In this document: in pieces, positions 16,490-27,016 of the stretch
Position numbering within the stretch: position 1 is the stretch's first letter
How the letters are laid out: each line of letters opens with the position of its first letter
NCBI GenBank assembly: GCA_965228855.1
Contig: CBDDIJ010000006.1
Span: 1-40,288 of the forward strand
From: Candidatus Obscuribacterales bacterium
GTDB taxonomy: Bacteria; Cyanobacteriota; Vampirovibrionia; Obscuribacterales; Obscuribacteraceae
Direction of reading: 5' to 3'
Length of the DNA stretch: 40,288 nt
Made by a program: the position numbers and the translations under genes
The notes under the pieces: model-generated
What the model was told of the DNA's origin: nothing
The model's input: the letters and a program-made list of their open reading frames with translations, nothing else
The model's database searches: none

Positions 16490-17551
16490 ATGCGAGTGCT
16501 GGTAACGGGGGGAGCGGGCTTTATTGGCTCCGCAGTTGTCCGAACGATCATTGAAGAGACGAACTTCGAGATCTTGAACGTCGATTGCCTTACCTATGCG
16601 GGCAACTCAGACTCTCTTGCAAGTATTGCGGGTAGTGACCGCTATTCTTTTTCGAGAACGGATATTCGCGATCTTCCAGCCCTGCGCCGAGCGGTTGAAG
16701 GATTTTGTCCCGATCTCGTCATGCATCTGGCCGCGGAAACGCATGTCGACCGGTCTATTGATGGTCCTGCGGACTTCGTACTGACCAACATGGTGGGAAC
16801 CGCAAACCTGCTGGAAGCTACCCGCGCATACTGGACAGGCCTTGATGACGCCGCCAAAAGGCGCTTTCGGCTTCATCACGTCTCGACCGACGAGGTGTTC
16901 GGCTCGCTTGGTCCGAGCGGTCAATTCAGCGAGACGACACCGTACGCACCAAATTCGCCCTACTCTGCCTCCAAGGCCGGTTCCGACCATCTCGTGCGAG
17001 CTTGGCATGAAACCTTTGGGCTGCCGGTTATTACAAGCAACTGCTCCAACAACTACGGGCCATGCCAGTTTCCTGAGAAACTAGTCCCTCTGATCATACT
17101 CAATGCTCTGGAGGGCAAGAAGCTGCCCATATATGGCACCGGCAAGAATATTCGCGACTGGTTGCATGTCGAAGATCATGCGCGGGCTTTGATCGCCATT
17201 GCGACCCGCGGTCAGCCGGGGGAGACCTACTGCGTTGGAGGAAACGAGGAACGCACCAATATAGACGTCGTGCTTACCGTCTGTTCCATTCTTGACGAGT
17301 TACTGCCGCAATCTCAGCATCGACCTCATGCCAATCTCATAACCTATGTCGCCGACCGCCCCGGCCATGATGCACGCTACGCGATCGACGCTTCGAAGAT
17401 CGAACGCGAGCTCGGCTGGCGGCCCCAAGAAACTTTCGAGAGCGGCATCAAAAAGACGGTGCAGTGGTATCTCGACAACCGAAGCTGGTGGGAACGTGTG
17501 CGGGCGGGCGCCTATCGCGGTGAACGTCTTGGCCTTGCAGGCGCAGGCTGA
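16490..17551 (+). CDS. rmlB: dTDP-glucose 4,6-dehydratase
   Basis: [54 protein letters not shown] and DRPGHD. A GGAG SD precedes the ATG at 16490. Confidence 0.97.
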   Translation: MRVLVTGGAGFIGSAVVRTIIEETNFEILNVDCLTYAGNSDSLASIAGSDRYSFSRTDIRDLPALRRAVEGFCPDLVMHLAAETHVDRSIDGPADFVLTNMVGTANLLEATRAYWTGLDDAAKRRFRLHHVSTDEVFGSLGPSGQFSETTPYAPNSPYSASKAGSDHLVRAWHETFGLPVITSNCSNNYGPCQFPEKLVPLIILNALEGKKLPIYGTGKNIRDWLHVEDHARALIAIATRGQPGETYCVGGNEERTNIDVVLTVCSILDELLPQSQHRPHANLITYVADRPGHDARYAIDASKIERELGWRPQETFESGIKKTVQWYLDNRSWWERVRAGAYRGERLGLAGAG

Positions 17552-17554
17552 TCA

Positions 17555-18487
17555 ATGAACGAAACGGGGAGGCCCACGCGGCTGCTCGTAACCGGAGCAC
17601 AAGGACAGACCGGCACAGAGCTTACCCGTAAGGGAAGAGCTGCCGGCTTCGAAATTGTCGCTTTCGGACGAGACGAACTTAACATCGGCGACCACAGAGC
17701 GGTGGCTCAAGCCATCGAAAGCAACCGGCCGGACGCCGTTATCAACGCGGCTGCCTATACCGCAGTCGACCGAGCGGAAACCGAACCGGAGATCGCACAG
17801 ACAGCTAACACCGATGGGCCGGGAAATATTGCGGACGTGTGCGCGGATGCCGGCATCCCGATTTTTCACATCTCGACCGACTACGTTTTCGACGGACGTG
17901 GTACGCGGCCATACCTTGAAGATGACGCGATAGCACCGCAAGGTATCTACGGTGCCACCAAAGCCGCGGGAGAAGAGGCCGTCAGACGAGCGACGAAGCA
18001 GCATATTATCCTCCGTACATCATGGGTTTTCAGCGCCCACGGCAGAAATTTTGTAAAAACCATGCTGAAACTCACCGAAGAAAGAAGCGAGCTCGCTGTC
18101 GTCGGCGACCAGAAGGGCTGCCCCACTTCGGCCGGCGACATCGCTTCGGCCCTGCTGGATATCGCCGCGCAGTCCTTGCGCAGACGCGAGGTCGATTGTT
18201 CTCCGTGGGGCACCTATCACTTCTGCAATCGTGGTGAAACGTCATGGTTCGGCTTCGCCCAAGCCATCGTCGAGGGGGCTGCGGCGCGCGGAGGAAGAAA
18301 CATTCCCGTAAGAAGTATTTCTACCGCAGACTATCCAACGCCAGCTCGACGGCCCGCATACTCGGTGCTCGACAACGGCAAGATCAATCACGTGTTCGGC
18401 ATCATCCCACGTCCGTGGAAAGACGCTCTCGGCGAGGTTCTCGATGAACTGGCGCAGCCTGTGCTGCGACCAAAAGGGCAGAAGTAG
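17555..18487 (+). CDS. rmlD: dTDP-4-dehydrorhamnose reductase
   Basis: [43 protein letters not shown] and [13 protein letters not shown]. Confidence 0.96.
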   Translation: MNETGRPTRLLVTGAQGQTGTELTRKGRAAGFEIVAFGRDELNIGDHRAVAQAIESNRPDAVINAAAYTAVDRAETEPEIAQTANTDGPGNIADVCADAGIPIFHISTDYVFDGRGTRPYLEDDAIAPQGIYGATKAAGEEAVRRATKQHIILRTSWVFSAHGRNFVKTMLKLTEERSELAVVGDQKGCPTSAGDIASALLDIAAQSLRRREVDCSPWGTYHFCNRGETSWFGFAQAIVEGAAARGGRNIPVRSISTADYPTPARRPAYSVLDNGKINHVFGIIPRPWKDALGEVLDELAQPVLRPKGQK

Positions 18488-18498
18488 AGGCAAGTAGT

Positions 18499-19368
18499 AT
18501 GAAAGGCATCATATTGGCGGGGGGGAGTGGTACGCGGCTTCATCCCGTAACACGGGCCGTTTCGAAGCAATTGCTTCCGGTCTACGATAAGCCAATGATC
18601 TATTATCCGCTGACCACGCTAATGCTGGCGGGCATTCGAGATATTCTGATCATTACGACCCCGCACGACGCCGGCGCATTCGAACAGCTGCTTGGCGATG
18701 GCAGCCGATGGGGCATCTCGATTTCCTACTCGGTGCAGCCGAAGCCCGAGGGGTTGGCTCAAGCGTTCATCATTGGTCGCGATTTTGTCGGTGGAGGTCG
18801 CTGTGCGCTCGTTCTTGGCGACAACATCTTCTACGGCGCGGGCCTTTCATCGATTTTGCAGCGGGCCGCCGGGCGCGGCAAAGGTGCCACCGTATTCGGC
18901 TACTGGGTAGCTGACCCCGAACGCTATGGCGTGATCGAATTCAACAATCAGGGCCAGACTATTTCCATCGAAGAAAAGCCGAAGACGCCTAAATCTCACT
19001 ACGCAGTGACGGGCCTCTATTTTTACGATTCGCGCGTGAGCGACATGGCGGCCGAGGTGAAACCTTCTTCCCGAGGCGAACTCGAGATCACGACGCTCAA
19101 CGAGATGTATCTGAAGGACGGTACCCTCAATTGCGAATTGCTGGGACGTGGCTTTACCTGGCTCGACACGGGCACACACCAAAGCCTCCTTCAGGCGAGT
19201 CAGTTCGTCGCTACAATCGAAGAGCGGCAAAACCTGAAAATCGGCAGTCCCGAAGAGGTTGCCTTTCGTATGGGTTTTATCGACGCGGAACAGCTCCTGG
19301 TTGCCGCCCATGATACGGGACGGACGCCCTATGCTGCCTATTTGCGCTCCGTCGCCCGGGGGGACTGA
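18499..19368 (+). CDS. rmlA: Glucose-1-phosphate thymidylyltransferase
   Basis: [48 protein letters not shown] and WLDTGTH. Confidence 0.98.
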   Translation: MKGIILAGGSGTRLHPVTRAVSKQLLPVYDKPMIYYPLTTLMLAGIRDILIITTPHDAGAFEQLLGDGSRWGISISYSVQPKPEGLAQAFIIGRDFVGGGRCALVLGDNIFYGAGLSSILQRAAGRGKGATVFGYWVADPERYGVIEFNNQGQTISIEEKPKTPKSHYAVTGLYFYDSRVSDMAAEVKPSSRGELEITTLNEMYLKDGTLNCELLGRGFTWLDTGTHQSLLQASQFVATIEERQNLKIGSPEEVAFRMGFIDAEQLLVAAHDTGRTPYAAYLRSVARGD

Positions 19369-19433
19369 GTTTCTTTCGCGTCCATGCCATCAGCGGTGCA
19401 ACGCGGATGCCAGCAGAGCATTCAGGTCACAAA

Positions 19434-19457
19434 GGAAAAGGCGAATCCGCTTTTTCC
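19434..19457 (+). terminator. Possible intrinsic terminator or hairpin between rmlA and the PKS
   Basis: GGAAAAGGCG-AATC-CGCTTTTTCC inverted repeat (one G-U pair), 65 nt after the rmlA stop; the GC core is short. Confidence 0.35.
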
Positions 19458-19600
19458 CCATCGCCTTCTCAAACCGAAAATCCGGTTAATATGAGGGAGA
19501 TAGCAGATCAATGCTGGCAATCCCCCCGATGCTTAGAGTAGGGTTTTACGACTGTCTCTAGGGGTGGGGACAGCCGGATTTTGATTACGAGGGGGCAGGC

Positions 19601-22600
19601 TTGGCCGGCGCGGCTAGCCCGCCATCAAGCAAGGTTGTTAGTCCGATGGGGGTAGCGAAGAGTGTGGCGAAAGTACGTGCCACTGACATAGCCATTGTCG
19701 GCATGTCCTGCCGGTTTCCCGGAGGATGCAATTCTCCGCAAGCCTATTGGGATTTGCTCGCTTCCGGCGGCAATGCCGTAAGCGAAATTCCAGCAGACCG
19801 TTGGGATCATTCCCGTTTCAAGCACCCAAACAAGAAAGCCAGCGGTCGCGCCTATACTTTCGCGGCGGGCACAATCGGAAATATTCGTGGATTCGATGCG
19901 GCCTTTTTCGGCATCTCCCCCCGTGAAGCCGATGCGATGGATCCGCATCAGCGAATGCTTCTCGAACTGGCATGGGAAGCGCTGGAATCCGGCGGGCAGA
20001 TCCCCGAACAATACGAAGGCAAAAACTGCGCGGTTTATGTAGGAATTTCGTCTACGGAGTACGGCTCCATACAACAAGGCGATTCCGACGGTGCGAATGC
20101 ATACATGATGCTTGGCACGACACTCTCGATCGCGGCCAACAGGGTTTCCTATCAATTCGATCTGCGCGGCCCAAGCATGGCCATCGACACGGCCTGTTCT
20201 TCTTCGCTTGTCGCGCTCAACGAAGCGCTCAATGCGTTGTGGGCGGGGCGCTCCGAAATGGCAGTGGTCGGCGGCATCAGCCTTCTTGTCAGTCCCTTTC
20301 CCTATGTGGGCTTTTCGAAGGCAACAATGCTTTCCGAGTACGGCCTCTGTCGGGCCTTTGGTGCCAATCCAGGTGGCTATGTTCGTGGCGAAGGCGGTGG
20401 CGTGGTCGTCATCAAGCCTCTCGCGGCTGCTTTGCGAGATGGCGACCCGATTCAGGCTGTAATTGCCGGGGCAGGCTCCAACGCCGACGGGCGCACAAAC
20501 GGCATCGCCCTTCCCTCCCATGAAACGCAGAGCGCGCTCATTGAGCAAACGCTCGCGAAATTCGACATAGATCCTGCGGATATAGACTTCTTTGAAGCAC
20601 ATGGCACGGGAACCGCCGTCGGCGATCCGGCCGAGAGCAAAACTATTGGGCACGCCATTGCCCAAAAGAGGCCCCCGGAACGCGGGCCTCTTCCCATAGG
20701 TTCAGCCAAATCCAATATCGGCCATCTGGAGCCCGCGTCCGGTATGGCCGGCCTTTTCAAAGCCGTGCTTGCAATTCGCAACCGCGCCGTACCGAAAACA
20801 CTGCACGCTGAGGAACTCAATCCCGACATCGACTTCGAGGGACTCAACATCAGTCCCGTGCAGCAGTTGATGCCGCTGCATGTCTCGGGGAGGCCAATAT
20901 ATGCCGGGCTCAATTCGTTCGGATTTGGCGGTGCCAATGCAACTGTGATCCTGCGCGAACACATGGAAGAAGCGCGCGAGACAGCGCATGGCGATACCAT
21001 CCCACCGCTTCTCCTCTCTGCCAAGTCTTCCGCCGCCTTACAGCAAATGGCGCAGCAATATGCTCATCTGCTACAGCAGTCGGCCGACAGCGAATTTTAT
21101 AACATCGCCCATACGTCCGCCTTCCGGCGCGCGCGCCTCAAGAACCGGCTGATCGTCGAAGGCGATAGCCGGATCGAGATAGCGGAAGCCCTTCATGCTT
21201 ATGCAGCAGGTGACGAAAGCCCTGCTGTTTCCGGAGAGGCATTTTCCCGCACAGGCAAGGTCGGCTTCGTTTTCAATGGCAATGGCGCGCAATGGGCTGG
21301 CATGGGCCGGAGGGCCTATGCCGAGAGCAATACATTCCGTATGCGGGTCGATGAGATTGGCTCGTTGATTGACGCAATTGCGGGATGGTCTCTTGTCGAA
21401 GTTCTCAACGCGGAAGATGCTTCAGAACAGTTACAGCGTACAGAGCTTGCCCAGCCTGCGCTGCTCGCCATTCAGCTTGCGCTTGTTTCCTGCCTTGCGG
21501 AACTTGGACTGAAACCCGATGCCGTTTCCGGTCACAGCGTGGGAGAGGTGGCCGCCGCTTATGTATCCGGGGCCATCGGGCTCGAACAGGCCGTCCGCCT
21601 CATTCTTGCAAGGTCCGACGCGCAAGGAAAAACACGTGGTCACGGGCGCATGGCTGCGGCAGGCCTTTCGCCAGAGCAGGCTCGAGAAATTGCGGAAGCG
21701 TCGGGCGGAAAGATAGAGCTTGCGGCGATCAACAGTCCGAGTTCCGTGACACTCGCTGGCGACGAGGAAGCGCTGGTTGCGCTTGGCGTTCGCATGGACG
21801 AGCAGAAAACATTCTATCGGGTACTCGATCTCGATTACGCTTTTCATAGCCATGTGCTTGATCCGGTGCGTGACTATTTTCTGGACGTGGTCGGAAAGAT
21901 CGACTGCACATCAACGCACACCCCTTTCTACTCGACGGTAAAAGGACGGAAAACATCGGGCGGGGAGCTCGGAGCTTCCTACTGGTGGGACAATGTGCGC
22001 AAGCCTGTCCAGTTCCAGGATTCTATCCTTGCGATGATCGAGGATGGCATCGATGTGCTGATAGAAATCGGTCCGCACGCAATTCTGCAGCCATATCTAC
22101 GCCAAATTCTTCGTGAGGCTGGACGCGAGAGTGTACCCATTCCCTCCTTCATGAAGACCGGAGATGGCTTGTCGGCTCTGAAGCGCGTACGCGACGTAGC
22201 GTTTTGCGCCGGTGCGTCAATCGACCTTGCACGTTTCTTTCCCGAGAAAGGCCGTTGCGTCCCACTACCTTCCTATCCATGGCAGCATGAAGACCACTGG
22301 CTTCACGCAACGCCGGAAGCCGAGGGACCGACTTTTCAGCACCGTGAGGGAGTTTTTCTCGGCGCGCGCGCGCAGCAAGGGCACGCAACCTGGGAAAATC
22401 AGGTCGACGCCGAACTTTTTCCCTTTCTCGCGGATCACAATGTTGGCGGATCCGTGGTCTTTCCCGCAGCGGGTTATGTGGAACTGGCGCTCGAGGCCGC
22501 AACAGCACTCTATAATGGCGAAGGCCGTGAAGTGGAGATGCTGGAAATCCGCAGACCAATTGTCTTCACCCGCGGGCAGGTAATAAACATTCGCCTTGTC

Positions 22601-25600
22601 CATGATGAGGACGACAAGGCTTTCCGCATCGAAACGCGCAAGCGGATGAGCGACGACCGTTGGTCAGTGAACGCCGTCGGCAGAATCGCGCCGGCTGTTT
22701 TCGAGGCGGCTGACGCACCTCAACCACGGGAAATAACCGGCGAGATGACGGAGGTTGACCGCGAAACTCATTACCAAATCGCGGCGGGGCTCGGTCTTGA
22801 TTATGGGCCGGCCTTTCAGACGGTGGACTCTATCAAGGTTTCCGACAACGACGCGGTGGTCATTCTCCGCTCGCCAGAGACAAAAGCCGGTGCTTCCTTT
22901 GTTCTTCATCCCTCCGTTCTCGACGGCTGCCTTCAGAGTCTGTTTTCGATTTTATTCGCGCAGGGCGTCAGGGAGACGAACGCTTACCTGCCTTATCAAG
23001 TTGGCCGCATAAAAGTATTTCAACCTCATACGGCAATCGTTCGTTGCGACACGCACCTTCGAGTGAAGACAGAGAAATCACTGGTCGCTGATTTCACCCT
23101 GTTTGACGATCGGGGGAATTGCGTTGCAGAGGCAACAGGCTTCCGCTTTCTTCGGGCTGATCTCAAGCAAGGCGCTGGTACAGGCGCACGCCGGTTCCGC
23201 TTCGAACTATTGCCGCTGGATCACGTAACACCGGAATGCGAGACCCCCGATGCGCTGGAAATCGCACAGGCACTTGATTTCAAAGAGCGCAACTCGGCCA
23301 CAGGCGGACACGCCGGACCCGACCTCGACGCGATCGCGGAAGATCTCTTTCACGCCCCCACTACTGAGTGTGTGACGCAAAATGGCGCGGGCAAGGTCGG
23401 CAATGATATGTGGCGAGATGCCTTCGCCCGATACCCGGCCTATCTCGCCGAACTCAACACACTGATGCAACGCAGCTTCCTCCGCCCAGGTGAGGAGCTC
23501 AATATCGAGCTTCGGGATCACCTGCTGGACAGTTCGCCGAGCCTTGCCCCCGCCCGCGCCTTGCTGAAGGATGCGCTGACGGCTATTGCGGCGTCATGGC
23601 CTTCGAACCGAAGAATCCGTATTCTCGAAATCGGTACTGCGAATTCTATCGTCCGCGAAATCAATTCCATCGGCGCAAAGGGGACCGTCGACTACACGAT
23701 CGTTTCTGAAGATGCCGAGCGGGTCGAAAGCCTCGGCATGGAAATCGAGAATGGCGATGTGCGGTTCCTTCATATGGATTTCGCAGGTCTTCTATCAGAA
23801 GCCGACCAAAAGAAACTCGGCTGCTTCGATGTGGTGATCTGTCCCCTGCCCGCTGCTTCGAGCGGTATCACGACCATGCTGCGCGCAAATGTTCGCGATG
23901 TGCTCGTACCCGGCGGCCTTCTGCTAATTTCCGAGCCTGTTCCCGCGCGTTGGGTCGACTTCGCTCTACACGGATACGAGGCGAACGGCGACCATGTGAA
24001 GGCGCTTCCACCGGGGGCTCTTTCGACACTACTTGCCGACGACGGGTTTTTGAACATTCAAACAACGCAGGCCGGATGCGGCAGTGTCATCGTTGCCGAC
24101 GCCCCTCAACCGCGTGAAATGCGGCAGGCCTCCCCTCGCTCGGCGATGGACGCAGTCGGAACTGGCTGGCTTGTGGTTTTCGATCCGGCATCGGAAGATG
24201 CTGCTTGCGCCCAGATGGTATGTGAGGCCCTACAGAATTCGGGCGCAATTGCCATCGAAGCCCACGCTCGAACTCACGACGGGTCCGGTGGCGAGGCGGC
24301 CCTTATGCTCGACCCGGATGTCGAGGATCAGTGGGCAGAAACCTACGAAGCGATCTCTGCGACCGGCATCGATCTGAAGGGTGTCGTATTGATCGGAAGC
24401 ATTTCCTCCGATGCGCGGCCAGGCTGGAGCACACTTCTTGCTGCACGGGCAATGTCGAAAATGGCGTTCGACCCGATGCCTCGTCTCCACATCGTCACGA
24501 TGAATGCATCCAGCTTCCGTTCAACCGGTCAAGTGAACCTCGTGCAGGCACCACTTTGGGGTATCGGCCGCGTGATCGCGAACGAAGTCCCGAAATCTCG
24601 CACGCGCATGATAGACATGCTTGGGGCACCACATGAGAGAATAAAGCTAGCTTCCAGGCTCGCCGCTTCCCTTCTCGAGATTGAGGCTGAACCGGAAATC
24701 GTTATCGGAAGCGACGGTATTTTTGCGCCTCGTTTGCGTGTGGCGGACGCACAGTATAACGAAGAAGGCGGTGCGCAAAAGCTGTGCTTTACATCTGGTC
24801 GTCTTGGTTCGCTGGCGTGGACGTCGGTGTCCATTCCTGTTCCAGGACCTGACGATATTGTCGTTGCGCCGAGAGCCGCTGGGCTCAACTTCCGCGATGT
24901 GATGTATGCGCTTGGCGTACTTCCGGAAGAAGCTCTCGAAGCCGGATTTGCAGGTGCGAGTCTGGGCATGGAAGCGGCGGGCATCGTCGTCGCAACTGGC
25001 AAGGATGTAAAAAGCTTTCAGACAGGTGACGAGGTCATCTGTTTTGCGCCCCACTGTTTCGACAGCCATATCGTTACGCCTGCAAAAGCAGCCGTTCACA
25101 AACCTCGGCAAATCGGCTTTGAGGAAGCTGCGACGATCCCCACGGCCTTTTTCACTGTGCAATACGCGCTCGAATATCTGGCGCGGACACGCAAAGGCGA
25201 ACGCGTTCTGATTCACGGCGCGGCAGGCGGCGTAGGTCTTGCTGCCATACAAGTTGCGCAACACCTCGGTGCCGAAATCTTCGTTACTGTCGGCACCACG
25301 GAGAAGCGCCAACTTGTCATGAAACTCGGCATCCCTGCCGACCGAATTTTCGATTCGCGTTCACTACACTTCGCAGATGACATCATGCATGTCACGAATG
25401 GCGAAGGCGTGGATGTCGTACTCAATTCGCTTGCAGGGGAAGCAATCTATCGCAATCTCGGCTTGTTGCGTCCGTTCGGGCGGTTCCTTGAACTGGGCAA
25501 ACGCGACTTCTACGAAAACAATCGCATTGGCCTGAAGTTCTTTCGCAACAATCTCACCTATTTTGGTATCGATGCCGACCAATTGATGGTCGAACGTCCG

Positions 25601-27016
25601 GAGCTCGCACAGGATCTTTTCGCGGATCTCATCAAACGTTTCGAGGATGGCATCTATACCCCACTTCCCTATCGCGCCTTTGACGCAGCGCGCATTTCGG
25701 ATGCGTTCCGGCTGATGCAGAAATCGGGGCATACAGGCAAAATCATCGTGCGCCCTCCACTTGCGCCGGTTCCATCCTTACGCCGCCAGCATCCCGATTT
25801 CACGGTTCGACCCGATGCCTCGGTCTTTGTTTCCGGCGGCTTGTCCGGCTTTGGCCTCGCTACCGCACGCTGGTTCGCGGCCAAGGGTGCCGGTGGCCTG
25901 GTGCTCGCGGGCCGCTCCGGTCCTTCGAGCCCCGAAGCCAAGCTGGCTGTCGCCGAACTCGAAGCTCTCGGCGTTAAAGTCATTGCGCGCGCCTGCGACG
26001 TTACAAACATTGATTCCGTTACAGCGCTTTTCGATGAAGCAGAAAGCGCGGGGGTGCCCGTACGAGGAATTATCCACGCCGCCGCTGTGTTCGACGATGC
26101 AACACTCGAATCTCTGAGTTCGAACCAGTACCAGCGGGTCATTGAACCGAAGATTCTGGGCGGACTTACGCTTCACAATGCGAGTCTCGGACGTGAAATC
26201 GATTTCTTCGTCTTCTATTCTTCAATTACGACTGCATTCGGCAATCCGGGACAGGCGAACTACGTTGCAGCCAACAGCTTCCTTGAAGCGCTGGCACAGC
26301 ACCGGCGCGCCCAGAATCTACCTGCACAAGCGATCGGCTGGGGAGCTATTGGTGATGCCGGCTACCTTGCTCGGAATGAGACAATCCGAGATCAACTCGC
26401 AGCGAAACTCGGTGCCGATCCGCTGACTACAGACGGCGCCATGGCATTCCTCGAGGAGCTCCTTTCTGGCGGGCAGACGAATCTTTATGCCGGTGATATC
26501 AATTGGCAACGACTGCGCTCCGGCCTCCCCACACTTCAATCGCGGATTTATGGTGAGGTGACAACAAAAGCCGGAAGAGAAGAAGCGGTAGATGGCGAGG
26601 ACGCTCTCGCCCGCATACAGCACATGTCACCCGCAGAAGCTCTGGAGTTCGTCGCGGTTATTCTCTCTGAGGAGGTAGGGCAAGTCCTTCGGCTTGCTCC
26701 GGAAAAGATCGACAGAAATAAACCTGTGTTCGATCTTGGTATGGACTCACTGATGGCACTCGAATTGAAGCTGAGCATGGAAGATCGCTTCCAGATAGAC
26801 GTGCCTGTTATGGCACTTTCCGACGGCGGCACTATCAATCGGCTCGCCGAACAGGTTGTCCGGCAGGTTCGCGGGGGTGACGTCGAAGAAGAACTCTTGC
26901 CTAACGGAGTTCAGGCAATTATTTCCAGACACGTCAACGATGACGACATTGAAAATCTGAACCGTACAGAAGACACTGGCGGCAGTTCCTCTGACAAAAT
27001 GCAATTTGGCACGTGA
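19601..27016 (+). CDS. wcbR: Single-module reducing type I polyketide/fatty acid synthase, KS-AT-DH-(pseudo-MT)-ER-KR-ACP, WcbR/RkpA-like
   Basis: KS: DTACSSS, EAHGTGT, KSNIGHLE. AT: GHSVG, YAFHS. DH: HNVGGSVVFP, HPSVLDGCLQ. ER: LIHGAAGGVG. KR: GGLSGFG, VFDD, YVAAN. ACP: GMDSL. No thioesterase. Start uncertain (TTG 19601 or ATG 19646). The symbol is assigned from architecture and kps context. Confidence 0.93.
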   Translation: MAGAASPPSSKVVSPMGVAKSVAKVRATDIAIVGMSCRFPGGCNSPQAYWDLLASGGNAVSEIPADRWDHSRFKHPNKKASGRAYTFAAGTIGNIRGFDAAFFGISPREADAMDPHQRMLLELAWEALESGGQIPEQYEGKNCAVYVGISSTEYGSIQQGDSDGANAYMMLGTTLSIAANRVSYQFDLRGPSMAIDTACSSSLVALNEALNALWAGRSEMAVVGGISLLVSPFPYVGFSKATMLSEYGLCRAFGANPGGYVRGEGGGVVVIKPLAAALRDGDPIQAVIAGAGSNADGRTNGIALPSHETQSALIEQTLAKFDIDPADIDFFEAHGTGTAVGDPAESKTIGHAIAQKRPPERGPLPIGSAKSNIGHLEPASGMAGLFKAVLAIRNRAVPKTLHAEELNPDIDFEGLNISPVQQLMPLHVSGRPIYAGLNSFGFGGANATVILREHMEEARETAHGDTIPPLLLSAKSSAALQQMAQQYAHLLQQSADSEFYNIAHTSAFRRARLKNRLIVEGDSRIEIAEALHAYAAGDESPAVSGEAFSRTGKVGFVFNGNGAQWAGMGRRAYAESNTFRMRVDEIGSLIDAIAGWSLVEVLNAEDASEQLQRTELAQPALLAIQLALVSCLAELGLKPDAVSGHSVGEVAAAYVSGAIGLEQAVRLILARSDAQGKTRGHGRMAAAGLSPEQAREIAEASGGKIELAAINSPSSVTLAGDEEALVALGVRMDEQKTFYRVLDLDYAFHSHVLDPVRDYFLDVVGKIDCTSTHTPFYSTVKGRKTSGGELGASYWWDNVRKPVQFQDSILAMIEDGIDVLIEIGPHAILQPYLRQILREAGRESVPIPSFMKTGDGLSALKRVRDVAFCAGASIDLARFFPEKGRCVPLPSYPWQHEDHWLHATPEAEGPTFQHREGVFLGARAQQGHATWENQVDAELFPFLADHNVGGSVVFPAAGYVELALEAATALYNGEGREVEMLEIRRPIVFTRGQVINIRLVHDEDDKAFRIETRKRMSDDRWSVNAVGRIAPAVFEAADAPQPREITGEMTEVDRETHYQIAAGLGLDYGPAFQTVDSIKVSDNDAVVILRSPETKAGASFVLHPSVLDGCLQSLFSILFAQGVRETNAYLPYQVGRIKVFQPHTAIVRCDTHLRVKTEKSLVADFTLFDDRGNCVAEATGFRFLRADLKQGAGTGARRFRFELLPLDHVTPECETPDALEIAQALDFKERNSATGGHAGPDLDAIAEDLFHAPTTECVTQNGAGKVGNDMWRDAFARYPAYLAELNTLMQRSFLRPGEELNIELRDHLLDSSPSLAPARALLKDALTAIAASWPSNRRIRILEIGTANSIVREINSIGAKGTVDYTIVSEDAERVESLGMEIENGDVRFLHMDFAGLLSEADQKKLGCFDVVICPLPAASSGITTMLRANVRDVLVPGGLLLISEPVPARWVDFALHGYEANGDHVKALPPGALSTLLADDGFLNIQTTQAGCGSVIVADAPQPREMRQASPRSAMDAVGTGWLVVFDPASEDAACAQMVCEALQNSGAIAIEAHARTHDGSGGEAALMLDPDVEDQWAETYEAISATGIDLKGVVLIGSISSDARPGWSTLLAARAMSKMAFDPMPRLHIVTMNASSFRSTGQVNLVQAPLWGIGRVIANEVPKSRTRMIDMLGAPHERIKLASRLAASLLEIEAEPEIVIGSDGIFAPRLRVADAQYNEEGGAQKLCFTSGRLGSLAWTSVSIPVPGPDDIVVAPRAAGLNFRDVMYALGVLPEEALEAGFAGASLGMEAAGIVVATGKDVKSFQTGDEVICFAPHCFDSHIVTPAKAAVHKPRQIGFEEAATIPTAFFTVQYALEYLARTRKGERVLIHGAAGGVGLAAIQVAQHLGAEIFVTVGTTEKRQLVMKLGIPADRIFDSRSLHFADDIMHVTNGEGVDVVLNSLAGEAIYRNLGLLRPFGRFLELGKRDFYENNRIGLKFFRNNLTYFGIDADQLMVERPELAQDLFADLIKRFEDGIYTPLPYRAFDAARISDAFRLMQKSGHTGKIIVRPPLAPVPSLRRQHPDFTVRPDASVFVSGGLSGFGLATARWFAAKGAGGLVLAGRSGPSSPEAKLAVAELEALGVKVIARACDVTNIDSVTALFDEAESAGVPVRGIIHAAAVFDDATLESLSSNQYQRVIEPKILGGLTLHNASLGREIDFFVFYSSITTAFGNPGQANYVAANSFLEALAQHRRAQNLPAQAIGWGAIGDAGYLARNETIRDQLAAKLGADPLTTDGAMAFLEELLSGGQTNLYAGDINWQRLRSGLPTLQSRIYGEVTTKAGREEAVDGEDALARIQHMSPAEALEFVAVILSEEVGQVLRLAPEKIDRNKPVFDLGMDSLMALELKLSMEDRFQIDVPVMALSDGGTINRLAEQVVRQVRGGDVEEELLPNGVQAIISRHVNDDDIENLNRTEDTGGSSSDKMQFGT

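Noticed and set aside
15885..19368. rmlC-B-D-A order differing from enteric rmlBDAC
   Set aside because: This order is common in alphaproteobacteria and is not novel.
19648..19657. GGGGGTAGCG, one mismatch from ops, near the PKS start
   Set aside because: It lies inside the probable coding sequence, and a short near-match is expected by chance; no JUMPstart context.
19625..20665. 346-aa minus-strand ORF and other short ORFs inside the PKS
   Set aside because: Antisense shadows of the KS and other PKS domains.
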